In this document: positions 1-9,486 of the stretch, one piece after another | How the letters are laid out: each line of letters begins with the position of its first letter | How positions within the stretch are numbered: the stretch's first letter is position 1 | From: Chiloscyllium plagiosum | Taxonomy: Eukaryota | DNA: 20,000 bases | Assembly (NCBI RefSeq): GCF_004010195.1 | Contig: NC_057718.1 | Location: 14,629,631 to 14,649,630, forward strand | Direction: 5' to 3' | The notes under the pieces: model-generated | What the model was told of the DNA's origin: nothing | What the model saw: the letters and a program-made list of their open reading frames with translations, nothing else | Databases searched by the model: none | Made by a program: the position numbers and the translations under genes

Positions 1-1082
1 GTGACTATAACTGGAACATGGGGCTGTAACTGGAACATGGGTACTGTAACCAGAACATGGCGACTATAACTGGAACATGGAGTTGTAACCAGAACATAGA
101 CCTGTACCTGGAACTTAGGGGTTGTAACCAGAATGTGGCAGCTGTAACCAGAACATAGCACCTATAACTGGAACTTGGGCACTGTAACCAGAACATGGGT
201 CTGTAACCACAACATGGCGGCTGTAACCAGAACATGGAGGCTGTAACTGGAACATGGAGGCTTTATTAAGAACATGGGGGCTGTATTAAGAACATGGCGG
301 CTGTATTAAGAACATGGCGGCTGTAACTGGAACATGAAGGCTGCAACTGGAACATGGCGGCTGTGACTGGAACATGAGGGCTGTAACCGGCACATGGCGG
401 CTGTAACTGGAACATGGCGGTTTTATTAAGAACATGGCAGCTGTAACTGGAACAAGGAGGCTTTATTAAGAACATGGCAGCTGTAACTGGAACATGGAGG
501 CTTTATTAAGAACATGGCGGCTGTAACTGAAACATGGGGGCTGTATTAAGAACATGGCGGCTGTGACTGGAACATGAGGGCTGTAACCTGAACATGGTGG
601 CTGTAACTGGAACATGGTGGCTTTATTAAGAACATGGGGGCTGTATTAAGAACATGGCGGCTGTGACTGGAACATGAGGAGTGTAACCGGAACATGGTGG
701 CTGTAACTGGAACATGGTGGCTTTATTAAGAACATGGCGGCTGTAACTGGAACATGGAGGCTTTATTAAGAACATGACGGCTGTAACTGGAACATGGCGG
801 CTTTATTAAGAACATGGCAGCTGTAACTGGAACATGGCGGCTGTAACTGGAACATGGCGGCTTTATTAAGAACATGGCGGCTGTAACTGGAACATGGAGG
901 CTTTATTAAAAACATGGTGGCTGTAACTGGAACATGGGGGCTGTATTAAGAACATGGAGGCTGTAACTGGAACATGGGGGCTATAACCAGAACATGGTGG
1001 CTGTAACCACAACAAGGCGGCTGTAACTAGAACATAGGGGCTGTAACTGGAACATGGATGCTGTAACAGGAACACGGCAGCT
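1..1082. repeat. 20-bp-unit minisatellite (about 54 units, runs off the window start); consensus CTGTAACTGGAACATGGCGG with variant CT(T/G)TATTAAGAACATGG..
   Basis: AACATGG recurs every 20 nt with no register shifts from 1 to about 1080. The minus-strand ORFs here are translations of the repeat. Confidence 0.97.
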
Positions 1083-1089
1083 GAATAGG

Positions 1090-1330
1090 CAATTTTCCAG
1101 ACTATCTACCAGAGGAAGGAGGAACGTTTCCTGGCAGTCAGTGTTTTAGGTTTGGAAGGCACTGCCTCAGACGGGATGGAGGCAGGTTCAATTGAAACCT
1201 TCAAGAAAGACTTGGATTATTACCTGAAAGGCAAGATTGGAGAGAAGGTGCGGGACTGGGACTAAGCGAATGGCTATCACAAGGAGCCAGTATAGTCACG
1301 AGGAGCTGAATGGTCTCCGCCTGTGATGTC
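1090..1330 (+). mobile_element. Degenerate CR1-type LINE 3' end
   Basis: Reads ...MEAGSIETFKKDLDYYLK, similar to the CR1 ORF2 C-terminus (VVEAGTITTFKRHLD), followed by a tail-like GCTGAATGGTCTCC. Confidence 0.6.
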
Positions 1331-1654
1331 ACAGTTCTGTGATTCTTCAAACTGGGCTCTGTGCATATGTGAAGTTGGTCAGTTTGTGAGTTTCTCTCCA
1401 TTAGAGCAACATCTTGCAGAGTGTGAATCATCCCATCCTCAGTGATGGACTAGGGGGCCTGAGTTCCACCATTGAATAGGCCTCTAGGCAGATATCTAAT
1501 GGGGATAAGCACCACATGCAGCAGCAGCAGCTCAGGCAGCAATCCAGACGCTCTGCTGTCCCCAACTCACCCCGTGGGCCGGACACAGTGCGATTCATTT
1601 CCTCAAAATCTCACCCCGAGCTGCACCAAAGAAGAGAGAAAATGGAGGCTGACC

Positions 1655-2000
1655 TGTCGGGGTCAGGGGAAGACCATGTCAGGACGCGGTATCAACTTAA
1701 GAGCACATCCCCAGGCCTCAGGGGCAAGAACAGAGGTCTGAGAACTTACAGGCCTTCCCTTTTGAACTGTGGGATCCCGAGGTGGCTTGGGAAATGCGGG
1801 ACAATGCAAAAACAAGAGACGACATCTGGAATTGGCAGATGCTTGTACAAATACAATTAGAGGGCATCTGGAGGGCTGCATGAATGGAAAGGATTTAGAG
1901 GGATACCAAAAATTGGCAAATGAGACGAGGTCAGATTGGGATATTTGTTAGCACGAATGTGTTTGCTTCTGCGCTGCATACTCTATGAATGTGACTCTAT
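1655..2000 (+). mobile_element. Degenerate CR1/HER1 LINE 3' end
   Basis: HLEGCMNGKDLEGY resembles HLDGYMNRKGLEGY, and the fragment ends in ACTCTATGAATGTGACTCTAT (HER1-type GACTCTAT tail). Confidence 0.65.
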
Positions 2001-2578
2001 AACATTATGAACTAACAGAGAAACAAAATCCAAGTTGTGAACTAATCTCTTTGGGCTCAATACTCCAGTCTGATGTATTGAACAGACGGACTATTTGCGA
2101 GTGAGCATCCAGTCCTCGGTGGGAACATTCAGCCCCATTCACCACGCACTACCCACTTGCTGCCAGATCAGGAGTGGCCAAATTTCCTGACCTCCCCCCC
2201 CACCCGCCTCACCCCACAGGACCCCCAATATCCAGTCAAAAGGTGAAGCAAGCCAGCGACCATTTCTTAACCCTGCCACGAAACCATCTTTTGGGTCCAA
2301 TACATTCATGCTCCTTGCAACAGTACCTCTTGTTGCCAATATTCTTTTCTCAGTTTGCAAGCTCTCGAGAAACCTGCTGCCCTCAGCCAGTTTCAGCACT
2401 GATTGATTGGCACTGGGTGAGGGCTCCCAGCCACAGCTCTGTCCAGGTGGTCCAATCTGTTTGCCCACAGTTGCACTTGGCACGTATTACTCAGCTAGGT
2501 CATGTTACACCTCACAGAGACAGTCTCTCACCTTCCCTGGACTCCTGCCCAACCTGCTTTCTTAACCCATTTAACCAG

Positions 2579-3869
2579 AAGAAAACGAGGACTGCAGATG
2601 CTGGAGATCAGAGTTGAGAGTGTGGTGCTGGAAAAGCGCAGCTGGTCAGGCAGCATCCGAGGAGCTGGAGAATTTTTTTTTCAAAAAATATACTTTATTC
2701 ATAAAATAATTTGATGGTCTGTACAGTCGGTCATGCCATACATACGTAAACATTTACATAAAGAGATCAGAATTTATCATTTTTATATACAGGTCTGTAG
2801 GTTTATCAATCATATGTCCATATATTTAGCTGAGGCGTCAGCAGAGCCCAAATGACTGCGTGGGCCCCATGTTCTTCTTAGGCAGGCAGATGTTAGACGG
2901 TTGTCTTTCCTCACCGCGCCTTGGCGGCAGCTGGCCCAAGCTTCAGCGCGTTCCTCAACACATAGTCCTGGACCTTGGAATGTGCCAGTCTGCAACACTC
3001 AGTCGGGGTCAACTCCTTCAGCTGGAAGATCAACAGGTTTCGGACCACCCAGAGAGCGTCCTTCACCGAGTTGATGATCCTCCAGGCACAGTTGATGTTT
3101 GTCTCGGTGTGCGTCCCGGGGAACAGGCCGTAGAGCACGGAGTCCCGCGTCACGGCGCTGCTTGGGACAGACCTCGACAAACACCACTGCATTCCTCTCC
3201 AGACTTCCTCTGCATAGGCACATTCCAGAAGGAGATGTGTGACAGTCTCGTCCCCCCGGAGCCGCTTCGAGGGCAGCGTGCGGTGCGGCTGAGAGTCCGG
3301 GTGTGCATAAAGGATCTCACAGGCAGAGCCCTTCTCACCACCAGCCAAGCCATGTCTTGGTGCTTGTTGGAAAGTTCTGGCGATGAGGCATTCTGCCAAA
3401 TGGCTTTGACAGTCTGCTCAGGGAACCGCTCGATAGGATCCGCCGTCTCCTTTTCCCGAAGGGTCTCAAGGTCACTACGTGCTGACCACTTCCTAATGGA
3501 CTTGTGGTCAAAGGTGTTTTTCTTCATAAACTTCTCCACGAAGGACAGGTGGTACGGAACGGTCCAACTACTCGGAGCGTTCCGTGGCAGCGAGGCCAGG
3601 CCCATCCTTCACAACACCGGGGACAGGTAGAACCTCAGTACGTAGTGACACTTGGTGTTTGTGTACCGGGGATCCACGCACAGCTTGATGCAGCCACACA
3701 CAAAGGTGGCCATCAGGGTGAGGGTGGCATTGGGTGTGTTTTTTCCCCCATTGCACCGGTCCCAAACCAAATGGAGAATTGACGTTTCAGGCATGAGCCC
3801 TTTGTCAATTCTCCTACTCCTTGGATGCTGCCTGATCTGCTGTGCTTTTCCAGTACCACACTCTCGACT
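2579..3869. mobile_element. Short inverted Penelope-like pseudo-LTR element: minus arm 2579-2674 plus 3781-3800, plus arm about 3804-3869, interrupted by a Tx1 LINE
   Basis: The arms are reverse complements (GTGTGGTGCTGGAAAAGCGCAGCTGGTCAGGCAGCATCCGAGGAG vs CTCCTTGGATGCTGCCTGATCTGCTGTGCTTTTCCAGTACCACAC). A partial hammerhead GGGCTCATGCCTGAAACGTC lies on minus at 3781-3800. Flanking 12-bp TSD CCA(T/C)TTAACCAG at 2567-2578 and 3870-3881. Confidence 0.8.
2675..3771 (-). mobile_element. 5'-truncated Tx1-clade (L1-related) non-LTR retrotransposon: ORF2 C-terminus with zf-RVT motif, 3'UTR and poly(A)
   Basis: Peptides IWQNASSPELSNKHQDMAWLVVRRALPVR, CPRSG..GDETVTHLLLEC and NSVKDALWVVRN. In-frame stop at 3609-3611, frameshift near 3255, probable original stop at 2893-2895. 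AATAAA on minus at 2694-2699 then an A-tract. TSD TGGAGAATT at 2666-2674 and 3772-3780. Confidence 0.88.
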
Positions 3870-3993
3870 CCACTTAACCAGCTCAGTCTACTGCAGAAAC
3901 AAAACAGACTCCTCTCCCTCTCTCTCCCACTCTCGCAGAAATAAAGCTTCCTGGACAATTTGCTGGGCGTGTTTGCTACACAGATATAAAGCC

Positions 3994-4520
3994 ATAGAGT
4001 CATACAGCATGGAAATGGACCCTTTGGTCCAACCAATCCAAGCTGCCCAAGTACTATACAAGTTCCACTTGCCGATGCTTGGCCCATATCCCTCTAAACT
4101 TTGGATGTACCTATCCAAATATATTTTAAATGTTGCAACTGTACCTGCATCTACCACTTCCTCTGGCAGTTCATTCCACATACGTACTTATTCTGTATGA
4201 AACAGTTGCCCCTCAGGTCACTTTTAAGTCTTATTCCTCTCACCTTAATATTATGCCCTCTAGTTTTGAACTCCCCCATCCTGGATAAAAGACCTTGGCT
4301 ATTCACCATATTTACGCGACTCGTGATTTTATAAGATTACCCCTCAACCTCCTATGCACCAGTGAAAACATTCCCGTGCCTATCGAACCTCTGCTTATAA
4401 CTCAAACTGTTCAATCCTGGGAACATCCTTGTAAATCTTTTCTGCACCCTCTCCAATTTAATAATATCCTTCCCATTGCATGGTAACCAGAGCTGTACAC
4501 ACTATTCCAAATGTTCTATT
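3994..4520 (-). mobile_element. CR1/HER1 LINE 3' fragment
   Basis: ORF WNELPEEVVDAGTVATFKIYLDRY..LEGYGP, with the ATAGAGTCATA tail at the left end. Confidence 0.92.
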
Positions 4521-4689
4521 CTCACACTTATAAAAGATCCCACTTTGCCCTCATTAGCATTTCTTCCTGTTTCTTGAGATGTGTTGCGATTTGTTTTCCT
4601 TGACTGTGCAGACGCAGCTATTAAGTCCCAACCACAGGACGAGCAGACATAGTGAAGGAAAGGTCTCCTTAACACCAGAGGACCATGGG

Positions 4690-4786
4690 GATCGCTCATT
4701 AGAGAGAGCTAACCAGTGGTGAGTTTAACCTGAGAGTCACCACACCTCACACAAACAGTGAGGTTGAGAAGCCAGGAATTGAACCC
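4690..4786 (-). mobile_element. tRNA-derived SINE fragment (same family as 6110-6222)
   Basis: B-box GGTTCAATTCC on minus (GGAATTGAACC on plus). Shares TTTAACCTGAGA(G/A)TCACCA..CCTCA with 6110-6222. Confidence 0.6.
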
Positions 4787-4789
4787 TTC

Positions 4790-5104
4790 GAACACAGATT
4801 AGAAATAAAGGGTCTCCCTTTTAAATGGAAAGCAGATTTTTTTCTCTCTCTCAGATGATCAAGAGTCTCTGGAACTCTATTTCTCAGAATAGTGGAGGTG
4901 GAGTCATCTGGACTGATTGGGTGTCACAGAATATACCAGGATGGATAGGAAAGTGGAGTTAAGGGCTTTTGCCCGAAACGTCGATTTTGCCTGTCCTCGG
5001 ATGCTGCCTGAACTGCTGTGCTCTTCCAGCACCACTGATCCAGAAAGTGGAGTTAAGGCCACAGTCACATCATCCATGGTCTAATGGACAGGTGCAGTAG
5101 ATTC
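4790..5104 (+). mobile_element. Old CR1-type LINE 3' end hosting the Penelope fragment and the HE1 SINE; its tail resumes at about 5413-5435
   Basis: TTTTTCTCTC..CTCTGGAACTCT..GTGGAGGTGGAGTCA and GGAAAGTGGAGTTAAGGCCACAGTCACATCATCCATG resemble CR1 3' ends. Confidence 0.5.
4961..5042 (+). mobile_element. Solo 5'-truncated Penelope pseudo-LTR fragment with the 3' half of a hammerhead motif
   Basis: AAGGGCTTTTGCCCGAAACGTCGATTT...GGATGCTGCCTGAACTGCTGTGCTCTTCCAGCACCAC, nearly identical to 16827-16905. 16-bp direct repeat GAAAGTGGAGTTAAGG at 4949-4964 and 5043-5058. Confidence 0.85.
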
Positions 5105-5412
5105 TGGGCGGCACGGTGGCACAGTGGTTAGCACTGCTGTTTCACAGCGCCAGAGACCCGGGTTCAATTCCCGCCTCAGGCGACTGACTGTGTGGAGTTT
5201 GCACATTCTCCCCGTGTCTGCGTGGGTTTCCTCCGGGTGCTCCGGTTTCCTCCCACAGTCCAAAAATGTGCAGGTTAGGTGGATTGGCCATGCTAAATTG
5301 CCCGTAGTGTTAGGTGCAGGGGTAAATGTAGGGGAATGGGTCTGGGTGGGTGCGCTTCGGCGGGTCGGTGTGGACTTGTTGGGTGTTTCCACACTGTAAG
5401 TAATCTAATCTA
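5105..5412 (+). mobile_element. Full-length tRNA-derived V-SINE (shark HE1 type)
   Basis: A-box TGGCACAGTGG at 5117-5127, B-box GGTTCAATTCC at 5161-5171, V-domain GTGTGGAGTTTGCACATTCTCCCCGTGTCTGCGTGGGTTTCCTCCGGGTGCTCCGGTTTCCTCCCACAGTCCAAA, and a (TAATC)n tail. Confidence 0.93.
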
Positions 5413-5724
5413 ATTCAAGGGGCCAAATAGCTTCTGTGTTTGTGACTTCCAGACACTGTTTGTCGTGGGTTTCTGACAAACAGTGTTTAAGGCTATTTGC
5501 ATCTCAGACTTGTAAACCTCACACCCACCCACCTTCAAGCTTCGCCCTGAGAGACAGAACCTGCTCTTTGTGGTGTCAGACACATATGGTAGAACCTCTG
5601 TTTAGGTCATGGCCCTGACATGAGGCTGATTTCTGAGGAGCACGTGTGGTGGGGCACCATCTTCCAGGAGAAGGTCAATTTTAGAAGCTGCCTCTCGAAG
5701 CATCACCCAGGCAGCCTGAGGATT

Positions 5725-5982
5725 GGGGAGGGGGTGGGGTTGGGGTGCTTGGACGCTGTAGGTTTGGGGGGGGTGTTTGCGGTGGGGTGTGCGCTGGGGG
5801 TAGGNNNNNNNNNNNNNNNNNNNNNNNNNNNNNNNNNAGAAGGAGGTAGTGGAAGAGGGAGGTGGGGAAGAGGGTTGTGGGGAAGGGTGGAGGGGGAGAT
5901 AGGGGAAGATGGAGGTGGGGACAAGAGGGAGATGGGGAGGGGGCAGGTACAAGAAGAAAAGGGAAGGGGTGGTGGGAGGGAG
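5725..5982 (+). repeat. G/purine-rich low-complexity tract containing a 33-N assembly gap (5805-5837)
   Basis: Dense runs of GGGG, GT-rich to the left of the gap and GA-rich to the right. Confidence 0.85.
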
Positions 5983-6109
5983 CACCAATCAGAGCAGCCA
6001 AATTGCAGAGACATGCAGCAGGCCCACAGTGAGTGCTGTTGAGGTGAATGGAGGGAAGGAGGGCACATCACAAAATGGAGGCATTGTAAAGGTAAGGTAC
6101 AGTCCCAGT

Positions 6110-6222
6110 GGACAGTGCGGCTGCTCCCTCATCAGTGAGAGAGATGATGGTGGTGCTTTAACCTGAGAATCACCATGCCTCAGCTGAGGGGAGAGATAGA
6201 GAAGGTGCGACCTCCATTGTGA
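6110..6222 (-). mobile_element. SINE fragment related to 4690-4786
   Basis: CTCATCAGTGAGAGAGATGATGGTGGTGCTTTAACCTGAGAATCACCATGCCTCAG..GAGAAGG aligns with the 4690 copy. Strand inferred from that copy's B-box. Confidence 0.55.
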
Positions 6223-6393
6223 GGTCAGACTGTGCTCCTGAAGGGCCCCTGCAAGTGGGCCTAGTGGAGCAGATTCTGAGGAAACGTCAGAACCAGGTCA
6301 ATGTCGGGGGAGGTGGGGTAAAGATCCTGTGGGAAAGGGACTGGAGATTGCAGGCATTGTAAGGTAGGGTCTGTAAGGATATCCCAATACACC

Positions 6394-6413
6394 GGGGGGG
6401 GGGGGGGGGGGGG
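6394..6413 (+). repeat. G20 homopolymer
   Basis: Twenty consecutive G. Confidence 0.95.
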
Positions 6414-7203
6414 TGGAGGAAGCACTGTGAGACGGAGATGCAGACTGGGGAAATCTTTAACCAGTAACTACTTGTGGGCCTTGGCATTAAAGCTTTAAAA
6501 AAAAGTCATGAAGCAAAGGCTGGATACAAACAGATGTTGGCGGGATGTTAGTGGTTGTGCTTTCCCCAGGGATCTATGCTCTTCTTTTGTTTTCCATTTA
6601 TAGAAATCATTTGAACCTGAGACACTAAAGTTTGCAAATGGAGCTCTAAATGGTAAAACATAAGGAGAAAGAATGCACTTAATTTAGTTTTTGCTTGCTT
6701 AAAAACACTTTCTTGACAACACACTTTCTGGAGACTGCACTTACAATGTTGAGTCAACCTTGACTGTCAGCTGCTGTGAGCAGTGAGAGGGGATAGGTTT
6801 AAATCTGACCAGAGTTTTGACAAAGTTTCCTAAATTTCAAAATCTAATTCGCACGGGATGCCCAATTCAGGACAATAAGACTGACTGAATAGCTCTATTA
6901 CAGGTATGATGGGCTGAACGATCTTCTACAGCCATTGATTGAATCAATGACCCAGGGCAGGGTGACCGATCTGCAGCAGAAGCATGTCAACCTAACAACC
7001 ACCTGCATTTATGTAGCATCCCGGGGAGGGGTGTGGAAAGCAGGGGAAGGTGTGTGCACGCTCTGGATAAACAGCACATTGGAATTTGTGAAGCCACCAG
7101 TCAGAGGGAACGATTGTGATTATTTTCAGAGAAGCAAGACAACACTGAAACCAAGCATCCAAAGCCTGTACAACATGAGCTGCTCAGACTTCAGTTAAAG
7201 TAC

Positions 7204-7271
7204 CTGGGATAGAGGCCAACACCGATCTCTTGCATCTCCCCATCGCTGATGGTGAAACAGTTGCACGTCAC
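7204..7271 (-). CDS. SMYD3: Internal coding exon of SET and MYND domain lysine methyltransferase SMYD3 (equivalent to human exon 6)
   Basis: Minus strand reads ctttccttcttgttcccacag|GTG ACG TGC AAC TGT TTC ACC ATC AGC GAT GGG GAG ATG CAA GAG ATC GGT GTT GGC CTC TAT CCC AG|gtact. It translates to VTCNCFTISDGEMQEIGVGLYP, against recalled human VICNSFTICNAEMQEVGVGLYPS. 68 bp, phase 0/2, canonical AG/GT with a polypyrimidine tract. Closer to SMYD3 than to SMYD1 or SMYD2. Confidence 0.93.
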
Positions 7272-8011
7272 CTGTGGGAACAAGAAGGAAAGCCTCTTAT
7301 TACCAGAAACTTCCGTGAAGAATGCCAGACACTTGGTCAGACAACAGGCGTTCATGTGGAGATCCTGTACTTGTTAACTGTGCAGAATCTCCCAACACAG
7401 GGGCTTAATTCACACGTATTTATCCACTGTTAACATGAATCTATTACGCACAGCCAGGCCTGTGAATTGAGGCAGCTTCGCTGACTGTCTCCCTATAAGG
7501 ATTTGTTGTGCAAATTGGGTGACCAGGGTGAATGAAATAGAGCCCTATTTTAACATTCCACTGCTCTCGCTCCCTCCACGATTAACTTTGGAAAATGAAT
7601 ATAGTGCTTGAGTAATGAACATTCTGCACTTTATAATTACAGATTTATTTTACATGAAAAAGAAGAATGTGACGATACTGATTGTACTCCGCAGTGGTCT
7701 ACATTTTTGAGTCGAATATTGCCAAGGAGAGATGGTGTGGATGACTTTAGGTGCAATTTTCACAAATCAAGAATCATTACGATAAAGTGGGCTGGATTAA
7801 AATTACGTTGTTTGATGTTGTTTACCTGTTGGCAGTTTTGGAACAGTCATGCAGATTTGTGAACACTGTCACATAGACAGAATGAGAGACACAGTGTAAA
7901 ATTTTGGGATTCACCATGACATAAATGTAGATGTGTGACAGTGTATTTGGAGCGTGACCTTTCAATCCCACTCTGCCGCATCCTGTTCTTTTCCTTGTGT
8001 GACATCATGAC

Positions 8012-8680
8012 TAGTTAGAGTGTTAGAGATGTACGTCACGGGAACAGACCACCTTGTCCATGCCAACCAGATATCCTCAATCAATCTGGTCCCACCTGCC
8101 AGCACTTGGCCCATATCCCTCCAAACCCTTACTATTCATATAGCCATCCAGGTGCCTCTTAAATGTCGTAATTTTGCCAGTCTTCACCATTTCCTCTGGC
8201 AGCTCATTCCATACACGCACCACCCTCTGCACAAAACAGTTGCCCCTCAGGTGCCTTTTAAGTCTTTCCCCCCTCACCTTAAACCTATGCCCTCTATCTT
8301 TGGACTCCCCTACACTTGGAAAAAGACCTTGGCTGTTCACTCTATCCATGTCTCTCATGATTTTATAAGCCGCTATAAAATCACCCCTCAGCCTCCGACG
8401 CTCCAGGGAAAATAGCCCCAGTCTATTCAGCCTCTCCCTGTAGCTCAAACCCTCCAACCCTTGCAACATTCTTGTAAATCTTTCTTGAACCCTTTCAAGT
8501 TTAACAACACCTTTCCTATTGACTAGAATTGAACACAATATTCAAAAAGTGGCCTAACCAATGTCCTGTACAGCCGCAACATGACCTCCCAACTCCTGTA
8601 CTCAATACTCTGACCAATGAAGGTATGCGTAACAACTGCCTTCTTCACTATCCTGTCTCCCTGCAACCCCACTTTCAAAG
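8012..8680 (-). mobile_element. CR1/HER1 LINE 3' fragment (ORF2 C-terminus)
   Basis: ORF 8077-8538: KLERVQERFTRMLQGLEGLSYRERLNRLGLFSLERRRLRGD...WNELPEE...FKRHLDGYMN. Confidence 0.95.
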
Positions 8681-9051
8681 AATGCACACCATTAATTCAG
8701 TTCTTCACACACTGAAATATTGCCAATCTAGCTGCTGTCTGATTTGCCTTGTGGTTGTGCTAGTCCTGGGGTGACAAAAATGGCTGCATGTGGGTGAGTG
8801 GGGTGTAATGAATTGGAGTACTCAGTGTGTGGGCAGTGTACTGAAGGAGACAGTGGTGCACATTACTGGAGCAGTGATCCAAAGTCCAGCGGCCTTGCTC
8901 AGAGTGTTTAAGCCGTCAACAAAGGCAATCCTCTTGCTGCCAGAACCGAAGAAAACTGACTCGGGCAAAAACAGAGATATGTTCAACAGGGAAAGTCGAC
9001 GGGACCTTGTGGTGACTATATCGATGAATCAGCAAAACAAAATAATTCAGA

Positions 9052-9260
9052 CATAGAAGGGACATACACAGTAGGAGGCCATTCAGCCCATTGTGCGCAC
9101 ACTGGTACTTTTAAAAGTATGTCCATTTTTCTCACTCATTCTGTTCTTCACAATCGACTTGCAATTTTTATCCCTGAAGTATTCAAGTACTCAGCTGGAA
9201 ACATGCTGTGGTGTTGCTTCTACTACCCACTCAGGCAGAGCCTTTCAGATCCCAGCCTTG
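9052..9260 (-). mobile_element. Degenerate CR1-type 3' tail
   Basis: CATAGAA..CACAGTAGGAGGCCATTCAGCCCATTGTG and TCTACTACCCACTCAGGCAGAGCCTTTCAGAT are antisense CR1 3'-end motifs. Confidence 0.55.
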
Positions 9261-9339
9261 TTTTTGTCTCTCCTCAAAGTACAATGCGTTGTTTATTCAC
9301 AGAGATATCATTCACTCTCTTCTCCATCTCATACATTCA

Positions 9340-9486
9340 CTCCCTCCACCCACAGCACTGTGCCTGTACCTACACCAAGTGGACTGCACTGACTCGGGAA
9401 GGTGGCTCACCATCACCTTCTCAACAACAATTTGGGAATGGACAATGTCCTAGCCCACGACATCCACATCCCAGGAATGATGTGAA
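9340..9486 (+). mobile_element. 3' end of the second LINE family (same as 18295-18832)
   Basis: GGACTGCA..GAAGGTGGCTCACCATCACCTTCTCAA matches 18767-18810. Confidence 0.65.

Noticed and set aside
1..1082. CRISPR-like array or repetitive protein ORFs
   Set aside because: The units are contiguous 20-mers with no unique spacers and no cas genes, and the context is vertebrate. The unit length is not a multiple of 3 and the ORFs are broken by stops.
2860..3630. 256-aa plus-strand ORF, the longest in the track
   Set aside because: It is the antisense shadow of the GC-rich Tx1 ORF2.
5105..5180. tRNA gene
   Set aside because: The A/B boxes run directly into a V-domain and tail, so this is a SINE head.
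5602..5715. Possible minus-strand terminal exon (cctcag|AAWVMLREAASKIDLLLEDGAPPHVLLRNQPHVRAMT*)
   Set aside because: Splicing from the phase-2 SMYD3 exon gives AGG CTG CCT GGG TGA, an immediate stop. It has no SMYD3 similarity, and the pyrimidine tract is just the C-rich low-complexity block.
7230..7433. 67-aa plus-strand ORF
   Set aside because: It is antisense to the real SMYD3 exon and its acceptor site.
8790..9056. 88-aa ORF in unique sequence as a possible exon
   Set aside because: I found no recognisable homology on either strand and no convincing splice-site pair.
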